Numbered from the stretch's first letter, positions 9,180 to 18,864 are shown. The stretch is 64,000 bases of DNA from an uncultured Acidobacteriota bacterium (GCA_963804995.1 CAWDSK010000003.1:1504001-1568000), one strand, 5' to 3'. The notes: generated by a model from the letters alone, not told the origin. Numbers and translations are program-made.

Positions 9180-10091
9180 TTAACGCCGGGCGCGTTTAGG
9201 CGCGGGCACCCCAGCATTCGCCGACCTGGGTGCTTGGCCAGCAGCCTCCTGCTGCAAAACAGGCCCGGCATTTCCATCGTTCGGGCCAGCTACTCCCGCG
9301 TTCCGGCTCAGACCATGCCGCATCTGCCGCCAAATCATAACTGTCGCGACGCCTGCCATCGCTATCAACGCGATGAACTGGGAGGTCGAGAGCAAGTGAT
9401 GAAACATAAATCCACGGTCCTCGTCACCCCGCAGGTATTCCAAAAAGAATCGCGCCACAGCGTACAAGCTCACGTAAGTAAGGAACACTTCCCCATCCCA
9501 ACGCCTTCGGGGAAATCGCCAGAGCACGATGCCGAAAATCACGAAGGTCGCGAAGGATTCGTAGAGCTGCGTGGGATGCAACCGAATTCCCAGGGGAACT
9601 CCAGCAACCTCATGCGCAAAAGTGCTGGTAAAAACCACGCCCCACCACGCGGTCGTGGGCTTCCCGTAGTCACAACCCGCGCTGAAACACCCCAAGCGCC
9701 CGATACTTTGCCCTACCGCCACCGCAGGCGCCAGCACATCCGCCAACTTCCAAAAATCCAGTTTCTGGACCCGCACGTACCACACTACAAAGAAAAGTGC
9801 CGCCAGAAACCCACCATAGAAAACTCCACCCGCCAGCAGGGTGGAAAGGCTGAATATTTCGCCGGGATTGGCTCGGTAATAGCTCCAGTCCGACAGGATC
9901 ATCAGCACCTTGGCGCCCACCAAAGCCACCAGGATGATCCAGGTGCAGAAGTCCAAGATCTGACCGGAATCCAAACCGATGCGGCGACCCAGTCGCATGG
10001 CCGTAAAGATCCCGGTCAATATCGCCAACACCAGCAGGATACCGTAAGTCGGTAGATGGAAGGCTCCGAGGCTGACTAAAATCGGGTGCAA
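9180..10091 (-). CDS. lgt: Prolipoprotein diacylglyceryl transferase family protein
   Basis: HPIL, YG, GGVFYGG, GRLGCFSAGCDYG, HPTQLYES, RFFLEYLRGD; TTG start. Confidence 0.85.
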   Translation of the reverse strand: MHPILVSLGAFHLPTYGILLVLAILTGIFTAMRLGRRIGLDSGQILDFCTWIILVALVGAKVLMILSDWSYYRANPGEIFSLSTLLAGGVFYGGFLAALFFVVWYVRVQKLDFWKLADVLAPAVAVGQSIGRLGCFSAGCDYGKPTTAWWGVVFTSTFAHEVAGVPLGIRLHPTQLYESFATFVIFGIVLWRFPRRRWDGEVFLTYVSLYAVARFFLEYLRGDEDRGFMFHHLLSTSQFIALIAMAGVATVMIWRQMRHGLSRNAGVAGPNDGNAGPVLQQEAAGQAPRSANAGVPAPKRARR

Positions 10092-10101
10092 ACTTTATCC
10101 C

Positions 10102-10827
10102 TTACAACGAGAATCGGTTCAGAAATGAAAAATAGCCGGAGATGATGGTGAACTTGTTGAAAGCCATCAGGACCCCCAGCACGATCAGCAGCACCCCTGA
10201 AGCCACTTCCACCACCTGCAAGTGTTTGCGGAATCCACTATAGAATTTCAAAAAGGTGGTGAGCCCGAGGCTGGTCAGAAGAAATGGTATGGCCAGTCCC
10301 GCCGAATAAATCGCCAGCAGGAACATGCCCTGAAACACCGTTTCGCGTTGGGCAGCAAGCGCCAGGATGGCCGCCAGGATGGGCCCGATGCAAGGAGTCC
10401 ACCCGAAGGCGAACGCGAATCCGAGCAGGAATGACCCGGTCAATCCGCGCCGCGGTGCACCGGTGTCCAGCCGAGCCTCACGGTACAGCAAAGGGATTTT
10501 CACCAGGCCGGTCAAGTGCAATCCAAAAACAATGATGACGATACCAGCGAGGATATTGAAGGCGGTCCGCTGGGCCAGCAGAAACTTCCCCACCCAGGTT
10601 GCCGACGCGCCCAGGATCACAAAAACCAGGGAAAATCCCGCCACAAAGGCCAGGGAGTTACGCAGGACGCGGCTCAAGAGCTGGTTGCTGGCATCGCTCT
10701 TCAGCTCTTCGATCGAGGCCCCGGAGAGCATGGAAATGTATCCGGGCACCAAAGGCAACACGCAGGGGGAAAGGAACGACACGATCCCTGCTACAAAGGC
10801 AATCGGAATGCTGAGTTCGTGATTCAT
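10102..10827 (-). CDS. ccdA: Cytochrome c biogenesis / DsbD transmembrane-domain protein CcdA
   Basis: SFLSPCVLPLVPGY and FAFGWTPCIGPIL; six hydrophobic segments. Confidence 0.93.
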   Translation of the reverse strand: MNHELSIPIAFVAGIVSFLSPCVLPLVPGYISMLSGASIEELKSDASNQLLSRVLRNSLAFVAGFSLVFVILGASATWVGKFLLAQRTAFNILAGIVIIVFGLHLTGLVKIPLLYREARLDTGAPRRGLTGSFLLGFAFAFGWTPCIGPILAAILALAAQRETVFQGMFLLAIYSAGLAIPFLLTSLGLTTFLKFYSGFRKHLQVVEVASGVLLIVLGVLMAFNKFTIISGYFSFLNRFSL

Positions 10828-10854
10828 GCGTCGTAAGAATCCCTCACCTTATTG

Positions 10855-10880
10855 GACGCAGCAACTCTCTTTCTGGCTGC
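10855..10880 (-). promoter_or_regulatory. Possible ECF-sigma-type promoter of the ccdA operon
   Basis: Minus strand reads GCAGCC-N16-CGTC about 28 nt upstream of the ccdA ATG; pattern resemblance only. Confidence 0.3.
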
Positions 10881-10984
10881 GTCAGGAGCACTGGAGCACG
10901 ACGGCGAGCCCCTCCGCACTTGTTACTTATTCCAAATCAAGTGTACCATAGCAGCGTGAATTGACGATTGCCGATGGACGATTT

Positions 10985-11075
10985 GGTGCTGTCCTAATTT
11001 GAACGTAGCGCCCCGATGCATCGGGGCTCAATGCCGGCTGGAAGCCGGCGCTACATTTCGAATTAGGACAGCACC
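10985..11075. mobile_element. MITE 2 (91 bp), IS1/IS1595-like ends, 8-bp TSD, GTAG-REP cargo
   Basis: TIR GGTGCTGTCCTAATT / AATTAGGACAGCACC; direct repeat GACGATTT at 10977-10984 and 11076-11083; interior GTAGCGCCCCGATGCATCGGGGC...GCCGGCTGGAAGCCGGCGCTAC. Confidence 0.85.
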
Positions 11076-11202
11076 GACGATTTTCGGTCTTTTGAATCGT
11101 CAATCGGGCCTCGAAATTCGACCCTAAGATGACACAACGGCTAAAGAGTAATGTAAGTCAATTCACCCCATTATCTGATAAAAGACTAGGAGCCTGCCCA
11201 AC

Positions 11203-11889
11203 TTGCTACGTGCCATAATCTTCGACTTCGACGGAATTATTGTCGATAGTGAACCCATCATCTTGAAACTGACCCAGGAAATGGCAGCCCAAGAAGGTTG
11301 GACGGTCAGCGCCGACGAGTACTATCGCGATTACCTGGCGCTGGACGACCGCGGCATTCTTGAGCACCTCTACGCCAGCCATAGGAAACCCTTGAATGTG
11401 GCGCGCCGCGATGAATTGGTGGCGTGGAAAGCTGCGCGTTATCTGGAAATCATTCGCGACGGGCTGCCGGCTATCTCGGGTGCGGTCGAGTTCGTCACGG
11501 AAATGGCCAACCTGTATCCCCTGGCGATTGCAAGTGGCAGCCTGCGGGTTGAAATCGAGCACTTGCTCCGCAAGCTCGGGCTGCGTGAAAAATTTCCTGT
11601 CCTGGCGACAGCGGATGACTGCCAGCATTCCAAGCCTGACCCGGAAGTGTATCTCCTGGCCCTCGCTCGCCTGCGCGCTCTTCCAATTTTCCGCGATAAC
11701 CCCTTGCAGTCCTCAGACTGCATGGCGATTGAAGATGCTCCCTTGGGCGTGGTTGCCGCACAGGCCGCCGGGTTCAAGTGCCTGGCGCTGACGCATAGTC
11801 GGCCGGCCGACGAACTCCAGCATGCCGATTGGGTGACTCGCGAGTTCGCAGATGTTCGCATAAGTGAGATCCTGACCGGCTTCGCGTAA
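11203..11889 (+). CDS. HAD-IA family phosphatase (beta-phosphoglucomutase-like)
   Basis: FDFDG motif I, ASGS, KPDP, IEDAPLG. Confidence 0.9.
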   Translation: MLRAIIFDFDGIIVDSEPIILKLTQEMAAQEGWTVSADEYYRDYLALDDRGILEHLYASHRKPLNVARRDELVAWKAARYLEIIRDGLPAISGAVEFVTEMANLYPLAIASGSLRVEIEHLLRKLGLREKFPVLATADDCQHSKPDPEVYLLALARLRALPIFRDNPLQSSDCMAIEDAPLGVVAAQAAGFKCLALTHSRPADELQHADWVTREFADVRISEILTGFA

Positions 11890-12072
11890 GCATTAATGCC
11901 GATGGCTTGGTCTCCCTTTTCTACTCACATGCCTTTTGGGTGTGTGAGGTGGACCACGCCGCGCGCAATGCTTGACAAGGGCTTAATAGGATGATGAAGA
12001 CTTGATAATCATTCAATAGGCCACTAGATTCTTTGGAGGATCACGGCTATACCTGGTAATTTCAAAGGTGAC

Positions 12073-12570
12073 ATGGTGATTGAGGTTCCCGGCGGTCCAT
12101 TATCCCCCTCTCCGGCAAACGCTGTTCCGGTATGCAAGCAGTGCAGTTACACCGGCATAGAGGAAGGCTATGAGTTCCCCCTCTGCTGGGATTGCCGGCG
12201 CAGATTGTCTATGCGGGCCTTCCCTAGGGCGATCATAGGTATCGGAGCGCTGGTACTATTGGCGCTCATTTTTGCAGCGACGTACTACCCCGATACAATC
12301 CGAGCCTCGATGACCTACGCGGAAGGCCGGCGCGCGGAAAAGGCCAAGGATTTCGACAGGGCCGTCTTCGATTACGAGACCGTACTGTCAACCTTTCCCC
12401 ACTCCCCGCTGGTTACGATGCATTTGGGAGTTGCCTACTACCGCAACGGAAATGTCCCACAGGCTGTCATGATCCTTCGCAATCTCAGGGAGCGAACAAT
12501 TCCCCTCGAAGTCGTCAAGCAGGTTGACGCCATATTAGCGGAAATCCAAAAGCCCACCGGAGTCAAGTAA
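12073..12570 (+). CDS. Membrane protein with N-terminal CxxC...CxxC and TPR-like repeat
   Basis: CKQC...CWDC, one TM helix, TPR-like LGVAYYRNG. Confidence 0.7.
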   Translation: MVIEVPGGPLSPSPANAVPVCKQCSYTGIEEGYEFPLCWDCRRRLSMRAFPRAIIGIGALVLLALIFAATYYPDTIRASMTYAEGRRAEKAKDFDRAVFDYETVLSTFPHSPLVTMHLGVAYYRNGNVPQAVMILRNLRERTIPLEVVKQVDAILAEIQKPTGVK

Positions 12571-13098
12571 ATGACCTGGGCTCTCCCCAGTCAAATCCTC
12601 GCCGTCTTGACGTTCCCCGGCGTAGTGCTCCACGAAATCGTCGAGCAGTTCTTTTGCCGTCGGATGCGTGTCGCCATTTTCAAGGTGTGTTATTTCCGCT
12701 TCGCGAGCCCTCCCGGCTTCATTGTCCATGAACCCCTGCCGCGCTTGCGGCAGTCGCTATGGCTCGGCCTTGGCCCTTTCTTTGTAAGCTCGGCGTTGGG
12801 CGCACTCATTGCCTTCCCCGCCATCGTGGCGGCGCTCGAATTCCGTGTGTACACTCTGACAGGTTACGTATTGGCATGGCTGGGTATATCGATCGCTATG
12901 CACTCCTTCCCCACCGTGGATAACGCCCTGGACCTTTGGCGCGCCGTTCGGAGTCACCCTAGTTCGCCTCTGCTTTCGACACCCCTGGCCGGGATTTTGT
13001 ACGTCGGTGCGGTTGGGCGCCTCTTCGGTGTGGATCTCCTCTATGGCATCGGCGTGGTAATCCTGGCTCCGGCCCTACTCGTTGCCCTCCTCCCCTGA
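12571..13098 (+). CDS. Membrane zinc-peptidase-like protein (DUF3267/M50-like) with degenerate HExxH
   Basis: TFPGVVLHEIVEQFFC, GFIVHE, GPFF, MHSFP; starts directly after the upstream stop codon. Confidence 0.7.
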   Translation: MTWALPSQILAVLTFPGVVLHEIVEQFFCRRMRVAIFKVCYFRFASPPGFIVHEPLPRLRQSLWLGLGPFFVSSALGALIAFPAIVAALEFRVYTLTGYVLAWLGISIAMHSFPTVDNALDLWRAVRSHPSSPLLSTPLAGILYVGAVGRLFGVDLLYGIGVVILAPALLVALLP

Positions 13099-13326
13099 GT
13101 TACCGCTGCTTGTTCACACTCGAAGGTCTTGCCTGGCCACGAGCATCAGTGGTGGTGCGGCGAGTGTCATTTCGAACCCTCTGCAAGAAATCATCCAGCG
13201 CGCGTTCTATCCAAGGAGGGGTTGACCAGACCGTGGAAATTGGCTGGCTATCTTTCCTAGTCAACAAGAGGTAGTCTGCTTGCCTCCGAGTTCTTATAAA
13301 AGTGACCTTCACAGGGAAGGTGGAAA

Positions 13327-14775
13327 ATGATGAAACCACGATGCACGCTGCGGCCCATCGCCGCGATGGTTCTTGCCGGGTGGCTTTGGACGGGAGTGGC
13401 GCAGGCCCAAACCACCGTGACCTCCAGCCAGGGGGACCAGCAAGAATTGGCCGTCACCGTTTATAACTCGAATGTCGCCCTGGTGCGCGATGTCCGTCGC
13501 CTGCGGCTGCCCACTGGCACAATCGATTTGCGCTATATGGATATCGCCGCCCAGGTCAATCCTGCCACGGTCCACATTGTTTCCTTGACCGCTCCGAAAG
13601 AACTGAACGTGATCGAGCAGAATTACGAGTACGACCTGCTCAGCCCGGAAAAGCTCTTACAGAAATACGTCGGGAAAGAACTGACGCTGGTGCGGGTTAT
13701 CAGCGAGAACAATTCCACCAAGGAAGTTCCCGTAAAAGCCTTGCTCCTCGCTTACAACCAGGGACCCGTTTGGAAGGTTGGCAATGAGATCATCACCGGC
13801 ATGGGTGCAGACCGCTACATCTTCCCTGACCTGCCGGAAAATCTCTACAGCAAGCCGACGCTGGTCTGGCTGTTGGATAATCGCCGGACCGGTGAGCAGA
13901 CCGTGGAAGCCTCTTACCTGACGAATGCGGTGAATTGGAATGCCGACTACGTGCTCACGGTGCACTCCGACCAGAAGGCTGCGGATTTAAATGGCTGGGT
14001 CACGGTCGTGAACCAAAGCGGCACGGCTTTTCGCAACGCACAACTGCAACTGGTGGCGGGTGAATTGAATCGCGTGCAACCGGAAAATGGCAGGGGGCTA
14101 CGCATCATGGCCTTGAAGGCGGAAAATGCTCCGGCGCCGCAATTCGCCCAAGAAGCGCTTTCCGAATACCACCTCTACACGCTCGAGCGTCATACCGATA
14201 TTCAGAACAACGAAACCAAACAAATCAGCCTGCTGGCTGCGGCCGGCGCCACCGTAGAGAAGGTCTTCGAAGTCGACGGCCAGTCGTATTACTTCCAAAA
14301 CCCCGTGAGCCCCGGGCAGCCGGTGAAGGAACCGGTGAAGGTGCTGATCAAATTTAAGAACGCGGAAGCCAATTCGCTGGGTGTTCCCCTGCCGGCCGGA
14401 ACGGTGCGCGTCTACCAGGGCGATTCCAAAGGCCACCTGCAATTCATCGGCGAGGATCGCATTGACCACACGCCCAAAGACGAAACCGTGAGCCTCCACA
14501 TCGGCAACGCCTTTGACGTGGTGGCGGAACGCAAGCAAACCGACTACCAGCGCCTCGGGCCCCACAATGTGGAAGTTGCCTACGAAATTTCCATCCGCAA
14601 CCACAAACCGGATGCCATTACCGTGCTCGTCAACGAGCCCATTGGCGGCGACTGGTCGATGCTCGATTCGAGTTTCAAGTATGAAAAGACGGCGGCTTTC
14701 GCGGCGCGCTTCACGGTGCCCGTGGCCGCCAACGGTGAGGCATTGCTCAAATATCGCGTGCGGGTTCGCTGGTAA
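13327..14775 (+). CDS. DUF4139 domain secreted protein
   Basis: Signal peptide, VTVYNSNVALVRD, EQNYEYDLL, WNADY, LPAGTVRVY, FIGEDRIDHTP. Confidence 0.85.
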   Translation: MMKPRCTLRPIAAMVLAGWLWTGVAQAQTTVTSSQGDQQELAVTVYNSNVALVRDVRRLRLPTGTIDLRYMDIAAQVNPATVHIVSLTAPKELNVIEQNYEYDLLSPEKLLQKYVGKELTLVRVISENNSTKEVPVKALLLAYNQGPVWKVGNEIITGMGADRYIFPDLPENLYSKPTLVWLLDNRRTGEQTVEASYLTNAVNWNADYVLTVHSDQKAADLNGWVTVVNQSGTAFRNAQLQLVAGELNRVQPENGRGLRIMALKAENAPAPQFAQEALSEYHLYTLERHTDIQNNETKQISLLAAAGATVEKVFEVDGQSYYFQNPVSPGQPVKEPVKVLIKFKNAEANSLGVPLPAGTVRVYQGDSKGHLQFIGEDRIDHTPKDETVSLHIGNAFDVVAERKQTDYQRLGPHNVEVAYEISIRNHKPDAITVLVNEPIGGDWSMLDSSFKYEKTAAFAARFTVPVAANGEALLKYRVRVRW

Positions 14776-14786
14776 AGAGGCGCCGG

Positions 14787-14822
14787 GTGTCAGGTGCCAG
14801 GTGTCGGGTGTCAGGCACCAGG
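14787..14822. repeat. Heptamer tandem repeat (GTGTCAG-like x5)
   Basis: gtgtcag gtgccag gtgtcgg gtgtcag gcaccag. Confidence 0.75.
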
Positions 14823-14828
14823 CTGGCG

Positions 14829-16741
14829 GTTGCGGTAGGGATACCGGTTACCCGGTACCCCCCGCACGGATCCGTACGTGCGCTGGTTAGCGCATACGGC
14901 TCTTATCTCGGATGTGTGGCGGCGAACCGTTGGGATGGCCAAGGATGCACAACGTGCGGAGCAGGCAACCAGCAGGCCGCAAGCTTCCCCAGTCGGTCCC
15001 AGTTGAGGCGGTGGCGTTGACTGCGTTGACGCAGTTGTGTTCGCCACAGTCGGGTCAACCGTTCCCGAAAGATTCGCAGGCGGTCGAGGTTTCCCGGTAC
15101 CGCGTGATAGTTGAAGTAGCCTTGCACGACCGACCGGAGCCATTTACCCGTATCCGCGATGGGATCGTGCCGACGCTGCCGGAGTTGTTGCTTGAGTTCC
15201 TGCAACTTCCCCCGCAGGCGCTTGCTGATCGTCTTCCGCTTCACGGTAAATTGCCCCCTCCGGTTCTTCCCGCTGATATGCGTGAAGCCCAGAAAGTCGA
15301 ACGTCTCCGGCTTACCTTCTCCTCTCCGTTTCCGGTAAAGTTCGGCAAACGGCCCGAACTCGATCCGGCGCGTTTTGTCAGGATGCAGTTCCAATCCAAA
15401 CTTCCCCACCCGCTCCCGGAAATCCTCCAGAAAGCGGTCGGCTTCCGTCTGCGATTGGAATCCAAGGACCGTATCGTCGGCATACCGCACCACGACCACG
15501 TCTCCCCGGGCGTGCTTCTTGCGCCACGCCTGCACCCACAGGTCAAAGACGTAGTGCAGATAGATATTCGCCAGCAGGGGCGAGACCACCGCCCCTTGTG
15601 GCGTACCCATCTCCGTCTCCGACCATTCGCCTTCCTCCCTCACCCCGGCTTTCAGCCATTTCTGGATGAGCCGGAGAATCCGGGGGTCGGCGACGCGATG
15701 CTGCACGAACTTGAGCATCCATTCGTGGGATATCGAATCGAAAAATCCACGAATGTCCGCGTCAAGAACGTAGTTCACGTGCTTCACCGTGAGCGCGTAC
15801 GAGAGCGCGTCCAGCGCTTGATGCTGGCTGCGTCCCGGTCGAAAGCCATACGAGAAGCCCAGAAAGTCTTCCTCGTAAATCGCATTGAGGATGGTGACCA
15901 CGGCCTGTTGGACGATCTTGTCCTCCAGTGCCGCAACCCCCAACGGACGTTGCCGCCCGTCGCCTTTCGGGATATACGCCCTTCGCGAGGGCTTCGCTCG
16001 GAATGCTCCGCGGTGGACCCGGCTGTGCAGATCGACGAGTCGACCTTCCAGCCCGCTTTCATACTCCTGCCACGTCATGCCGTCTACTCCCGGTGCAGCT
16101 TTTCGCTTCAAGGCGTAAAAGCTTTCCCGCAGCAGATCGACCGTTAAGTGGTGGAGCAAGGCCGTGAACTTCATCTCCCTGTGTTCCTTCGCGGCTTTCC
16201 GCACACCCGCGAGTCCCTGGGACACGCGTGCCCCGCTCTGTGTCGGGTGCGTGTTAGGCCAACGGGTGTTCTCCTTGATCAGCGGCCTTCCCTCCTCATT
16301 CTCCGCCAACGGCTTCCCGTCTTTGTTCAAATGATTCATCGGTACTGTTCCGCTGTCCGACTCCTCGAGAGCGTGCAGGCGGGCTGTACGGCCATCGCCT
16401 TTTCCCGCCGTCCGGCCACGATCTACGGCGGCCGGCGCCTCCGAGGTCTCCCGGTTCTCGTGCAGAAAGTGTCTAGGCGTGTCTGGGGTCTACGACTACG
16501 CAGGACTGTGCCGGAACTCGCGTTGGCGTCCCGGCCTCATGTTGCCTTCCGTTTAGTCTGAAAACGTCGGCGTCCTGATTGGACATTTTCGAAGCTCAAT
16601 ACCCAGCCCACCTATTCCCCTGTTTACGCTTCACCGTGCGCCTCACGACGCCCAGCGCAAAACTCGGGGCCGAGTGGATCGCTACTCCTTCCTCGTGAGA
16701 AATTTTCATTCTCTGCTTTCTGCCGGTTTATCCCGGCGCAC
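14829..16741 (-). mobile_element. Complete group II intron (subgroup IIB), 1913 nt, inserted in a REP hairpin
   Basis: 5' GUGCG at 16741; domain V with AGC triad at 14869-14902; domain VI with bulged A 8 nt from the 3' AAC end at 14829; EBS1 CAGACU (16560-16555) pairs with the 5' exon GGUCUG. Confidence 0.93.
14903..16339 (-). CDS. ltrA: Group II intron reverse transcriptase/maturase, no endonuclease domain
   Basis: AAPGVDG, RPLG, FSYGFRPGRS, GTPQG, RYADD, FDFLGF, maturase X domain GYFNYH; no HNH; stop codon abuts domain V. Confidence 0.97.
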   Translation of the reverse strand: MNHLNKDGKPLAENEEGRPLIKENTRWPNTHPTQSGARVSQGLAGVRKAAKEHREMKFTALLHHLTVDLLRESFYALKRKAAPGVDGMTWQEYESGLEGRLVDLHSRVHRGAFRAKPSRRAYIPKGDGRQRPLGVAALEDKIVQQAVVTILNAIYEEDFLGFSYGFRPGRSQHQALDALSYALTVKHVNYVLDADIRGFFDSISHEWMLKFVQHRVADPRILRLIQKWLKAGVREEGEWSETEMGTPQGAVVSPLLANIYLHYVFDLWVQAWRKKHARGDVVVVRYADDTVLGFQSQTEADRFLEDFRERVGKFGLELHPDKTRRIEFGPFAELYRKRRGEGKPETFDFLGFTHISGKNRRGQFTVKRKTISKRLRGKLQELKQQLRQRRHDPIADTGKWLRSVVQGYFNYHAVPGNLDRLRIFRERLTRLWRTQLRQRSQRHRLNWDRLGKLAACWLPAPHVVHPWPSQRFAATHPR

Positions 16742-16875
16742 CAGACCTCCGCCGTTGAGGTCTGCGGTTCTTCCCGTGCAACATGAGCGAATGTACCGTG
16801 GCGCGGCGCAGAGGTGCATGCATGACATTTGCAGTTGGAAGAACCGCGGACCCCAAAACCGGGGGACCGCGCTAC
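16742..16875. repeat. REP family A doublet; the left unit is interrupted by the intron
   Basis: CAGACCTCCGCCGTTGAGGTCTGCGGTTCTTC (16742-16773) and inverted GAAGAACCGCGGACCCCAAAACCGGGGGACCGCGCTAC (16838-16875). Confidence 0.85.
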
Positions 16876-16900
16876 GAAACAGGTCCGCGCCTCCCGTTCG

Positions 16901-16977
16901 CTGCTTACTGCCTTCTGCTTGCTGCCTACTGCCTTCTGCTTACTGCCTACTGCTCTCTGCTTACTGCCTACTGCTCT
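16901..16977. repeat. Heptamer tandem repeat (CTGCCTA/CTGCTTA-like, about 10 units) overlapping a stop codon
   Basis: ctgctta ctgcctt ctgcttg ctgccta ctgcctt ctgctta ctgccta... Confidence 0.85.
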
Positions 16978-18514
16978 GAAGCAAGCGATAACTCACGAAG
17001 GCCAGGCGTTTGCTGTCCGGCGACCAGGAGGGCACATTGATCGTCCCCTGCCCTCCGAAGAGTTTCACCAGGACACGCGGCTCACCGCCCGCCACGGGCA
17101 TGAGGCGCAGCATGACGTCCTGGTCAGCCGGATGCCCCTTTACCGTCTTGTCGTAGGAAAGGAACACGAGCCATTTTCCGTCGGGTGAAGGATGTGCGAA
17201 CCAGTTGGCGTAGTCGTCGCGGGTCACTTGCTCCTGCGCGCTTCCATCCGGGTGCATGCGCCAGATCTGCATCCAGCCGGTGCGCTCGGAGTTGAAGTAA
17301 ATGTATTGGCCATCGGGCGAATAATCCGGCCCATCGTCGAGACCCGGCGCATCCGTCAATCGCTGTGCTTCACCCCCCTCCACAGGAATCGAGTAGATAT
17401 CGCCGTTGCCGCCTCGAATCCCCGCAAACGCCAGCGTCTTGCCATCCGGAGACCAGCCGTGCCAGTAAGAGGGGCCCGTCTCCGTAACCTGCCGAGGCTT
17501 TCCCCCGCCTGCCGGAAGCACATAAACGAAGGGAATGTGATTCGGCGAGTGGGTAATCGCCAACCACTTGCCGTCCGGCGAGAAGCCGTGATCATTGTTG
17601 CAGTGGATGGCATCCCCGGTATCGAGCAGGCGTGGTTCGCCACCTTTAATCGGCACGGTATAGAGTTTCCCCTCACTATTAAAGAGCAGAAACTTTCCGT
17701 CGCGCGACCAGTTGGGCGCCTCAAAGCGTTTCTGTGCGTGATAGACGACGCGCCGCTTGTGCCCGTCAAGGGAGATGATTTCCAGGCGGCTTTCGACAGG
17801 CTGCGGGTGGGCGTGTTCCTCCTTGCCGCCCAGCACGTTCACATTCGAAAACACGGCCTCCTCCTCGGCGGCGGCGTCATGCGCACATACGGCCAGGCCC
17901 ACATAGACAGGGTCATGCAGAGGAACTTCCACCGTACCGGCCAGCTCGAATTGCCCTCCAGCAGGCGCGGCCCAAAGCGAAAAGGTGTTCCCCAGCCGAA
18001 CCAACCGAATGGTTTCCGGATTCGAGATCTTCGACTGAATCTCCTGGGTCGTTCCACCTTCCGTCAGGCGATATTGCAGGGCCGTGAGCCCGCTGCCGTG
18101 CACGACCAAGTCAGCATAGGGGGCGCTTGGACCCAAACCTTGCCGCACCATCCATCCTGCCTTGCGATGGGCATTGCCGCCGGGATGAGGAAATTTCACC
18201 TGGGTGGTCAAGGTCAGGTCTCCCGTGGCCTGCCGCCACAGGAAGTGGAAAGCATCCGTCTCCTTCCACATGTTGGCTCCGCCTCCGGTAATGTGGTACT
18301 CACCGTGTGCAGCATCGAAAGTTGTCGAACCTGCGAGGAGCGGCCCTCCGACGTCGGATTCGCCTTCGAAGTCGCCGAGTGAGGCGGGCGATGCAGCGAT
18401 CAAGGTCGCGAAGAGGATGCACACGGCAAGCGCGAGGAGCCGCCAGACGCCTCGTGGCGGTTCCAGATGGTTCGCGCGCTGGATGCGAATCGAAAAGCGA
18501 TGCAACTGAATCAT
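16961..18514 (-). CDS. Secreted TolB-like PD40 beta-propeller protein with N-terminal ConA/DUF1349-like domain
   Basis: [52 protein letters not shown]-domain [16 protein letters not shown]. Confidence 0.85.
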   Translation of the reverse strand: MIQLHRFSIRIQRANHLEPPRGVWRLLALAVCILFATLIAASPASLGDFEGESDVGGPLLAGSTTFDAAHGEYHITGGGANMWKETDAFHFLWRQATGDLTLTTQVKFPHPGGNAHRKAGWMVRQGLGPSAPYADLVVHGSGLTALQYRLTEGGTTQEIQSKISNPETIRLVRLGNTFSLWAAPAGGQFELAGTVEVPLHDPVYVGLAVCAHDAAAEEEAVFSNVNVLGGKEEHAHPQPVESRLEIISLDGHKRRVVYHAQKRFEAPNWSRDGKFLLFNSEGKLYTVPIKGGEPRLLDTGDAIHCNNDHGFSPDGKWLAITHSPNHIPFVYVLPAGGGKPRQVTETGPSYWHGWSPDGKTLAFAGIRGGNGDIYSIPVEGGEAQRLTDAPGLDDGPDYSPDGQYIYFNSERTGWMQIWRMHPDGSAQEQVTRDDYANWFAHPSPDGKWLVFLSYDKTVKGHPADQDVMLRLMPVAGGEPRVLVKLFGGQGTINVPSWSPDSKRLAFVSYRLLQSSRQ

Positions 18515-18575
18515 GACGCCCCCAGTCTTGAGCAAAAAGATAGTCGAAAGGCCAGTGGCTTGCAACCGTGGCGCG

Positions 18576-18864
18576 GGTAGTGTCCTAGTTTGGAAAGAAG
18601 CCCCAAGTGACCCCTCACCCGTCCCGCCCCGGCTGATGAAAACGCCGGCTGCGGTCCACCCTCTCCCCTCGGAGAGGGCGGTTACTCAAGGTAAGGTGCG
18701 GCGCCGTAGCCACCCTGAGATCATAGCCTTCTCCCCAGGGGAGAAGGTGGCTGACGTAGGAGGCCGGATGAGGGGTTACTTGCACCCGCAGGGCGTCGAA
18801 ACAATTTGCAACCTATAAATTCAAAAACCATTAGCCCGGTGCTGCGTCAAACTAGGACACTACC
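18576..18864. mobile_element. MITE 3 (289 bp), IS1/IS1595-like ends, 8-bp TSD, family B hairpin cargo
   Basis: 17-bp TIR GGTAGTGTCCTAGTTTG / CAAACTAGGACACTACC; direct repeat GTGGCGCG at 18568-18575 and 18865-18872. Confidence 0.88.

Noticed and set aside
14912..16147. 411-aa plus-strand ORF
   Set aside because: Antisense shadow of the intron RT with no recognisable motifs
14903..16339. RT as a retron, DGR or defence RT
   Set aside because: It has a maturase domain plus intron domains V and VI, GUGCG...AAC ends and EBS1-IBS1 pairing, so it is a group II intron
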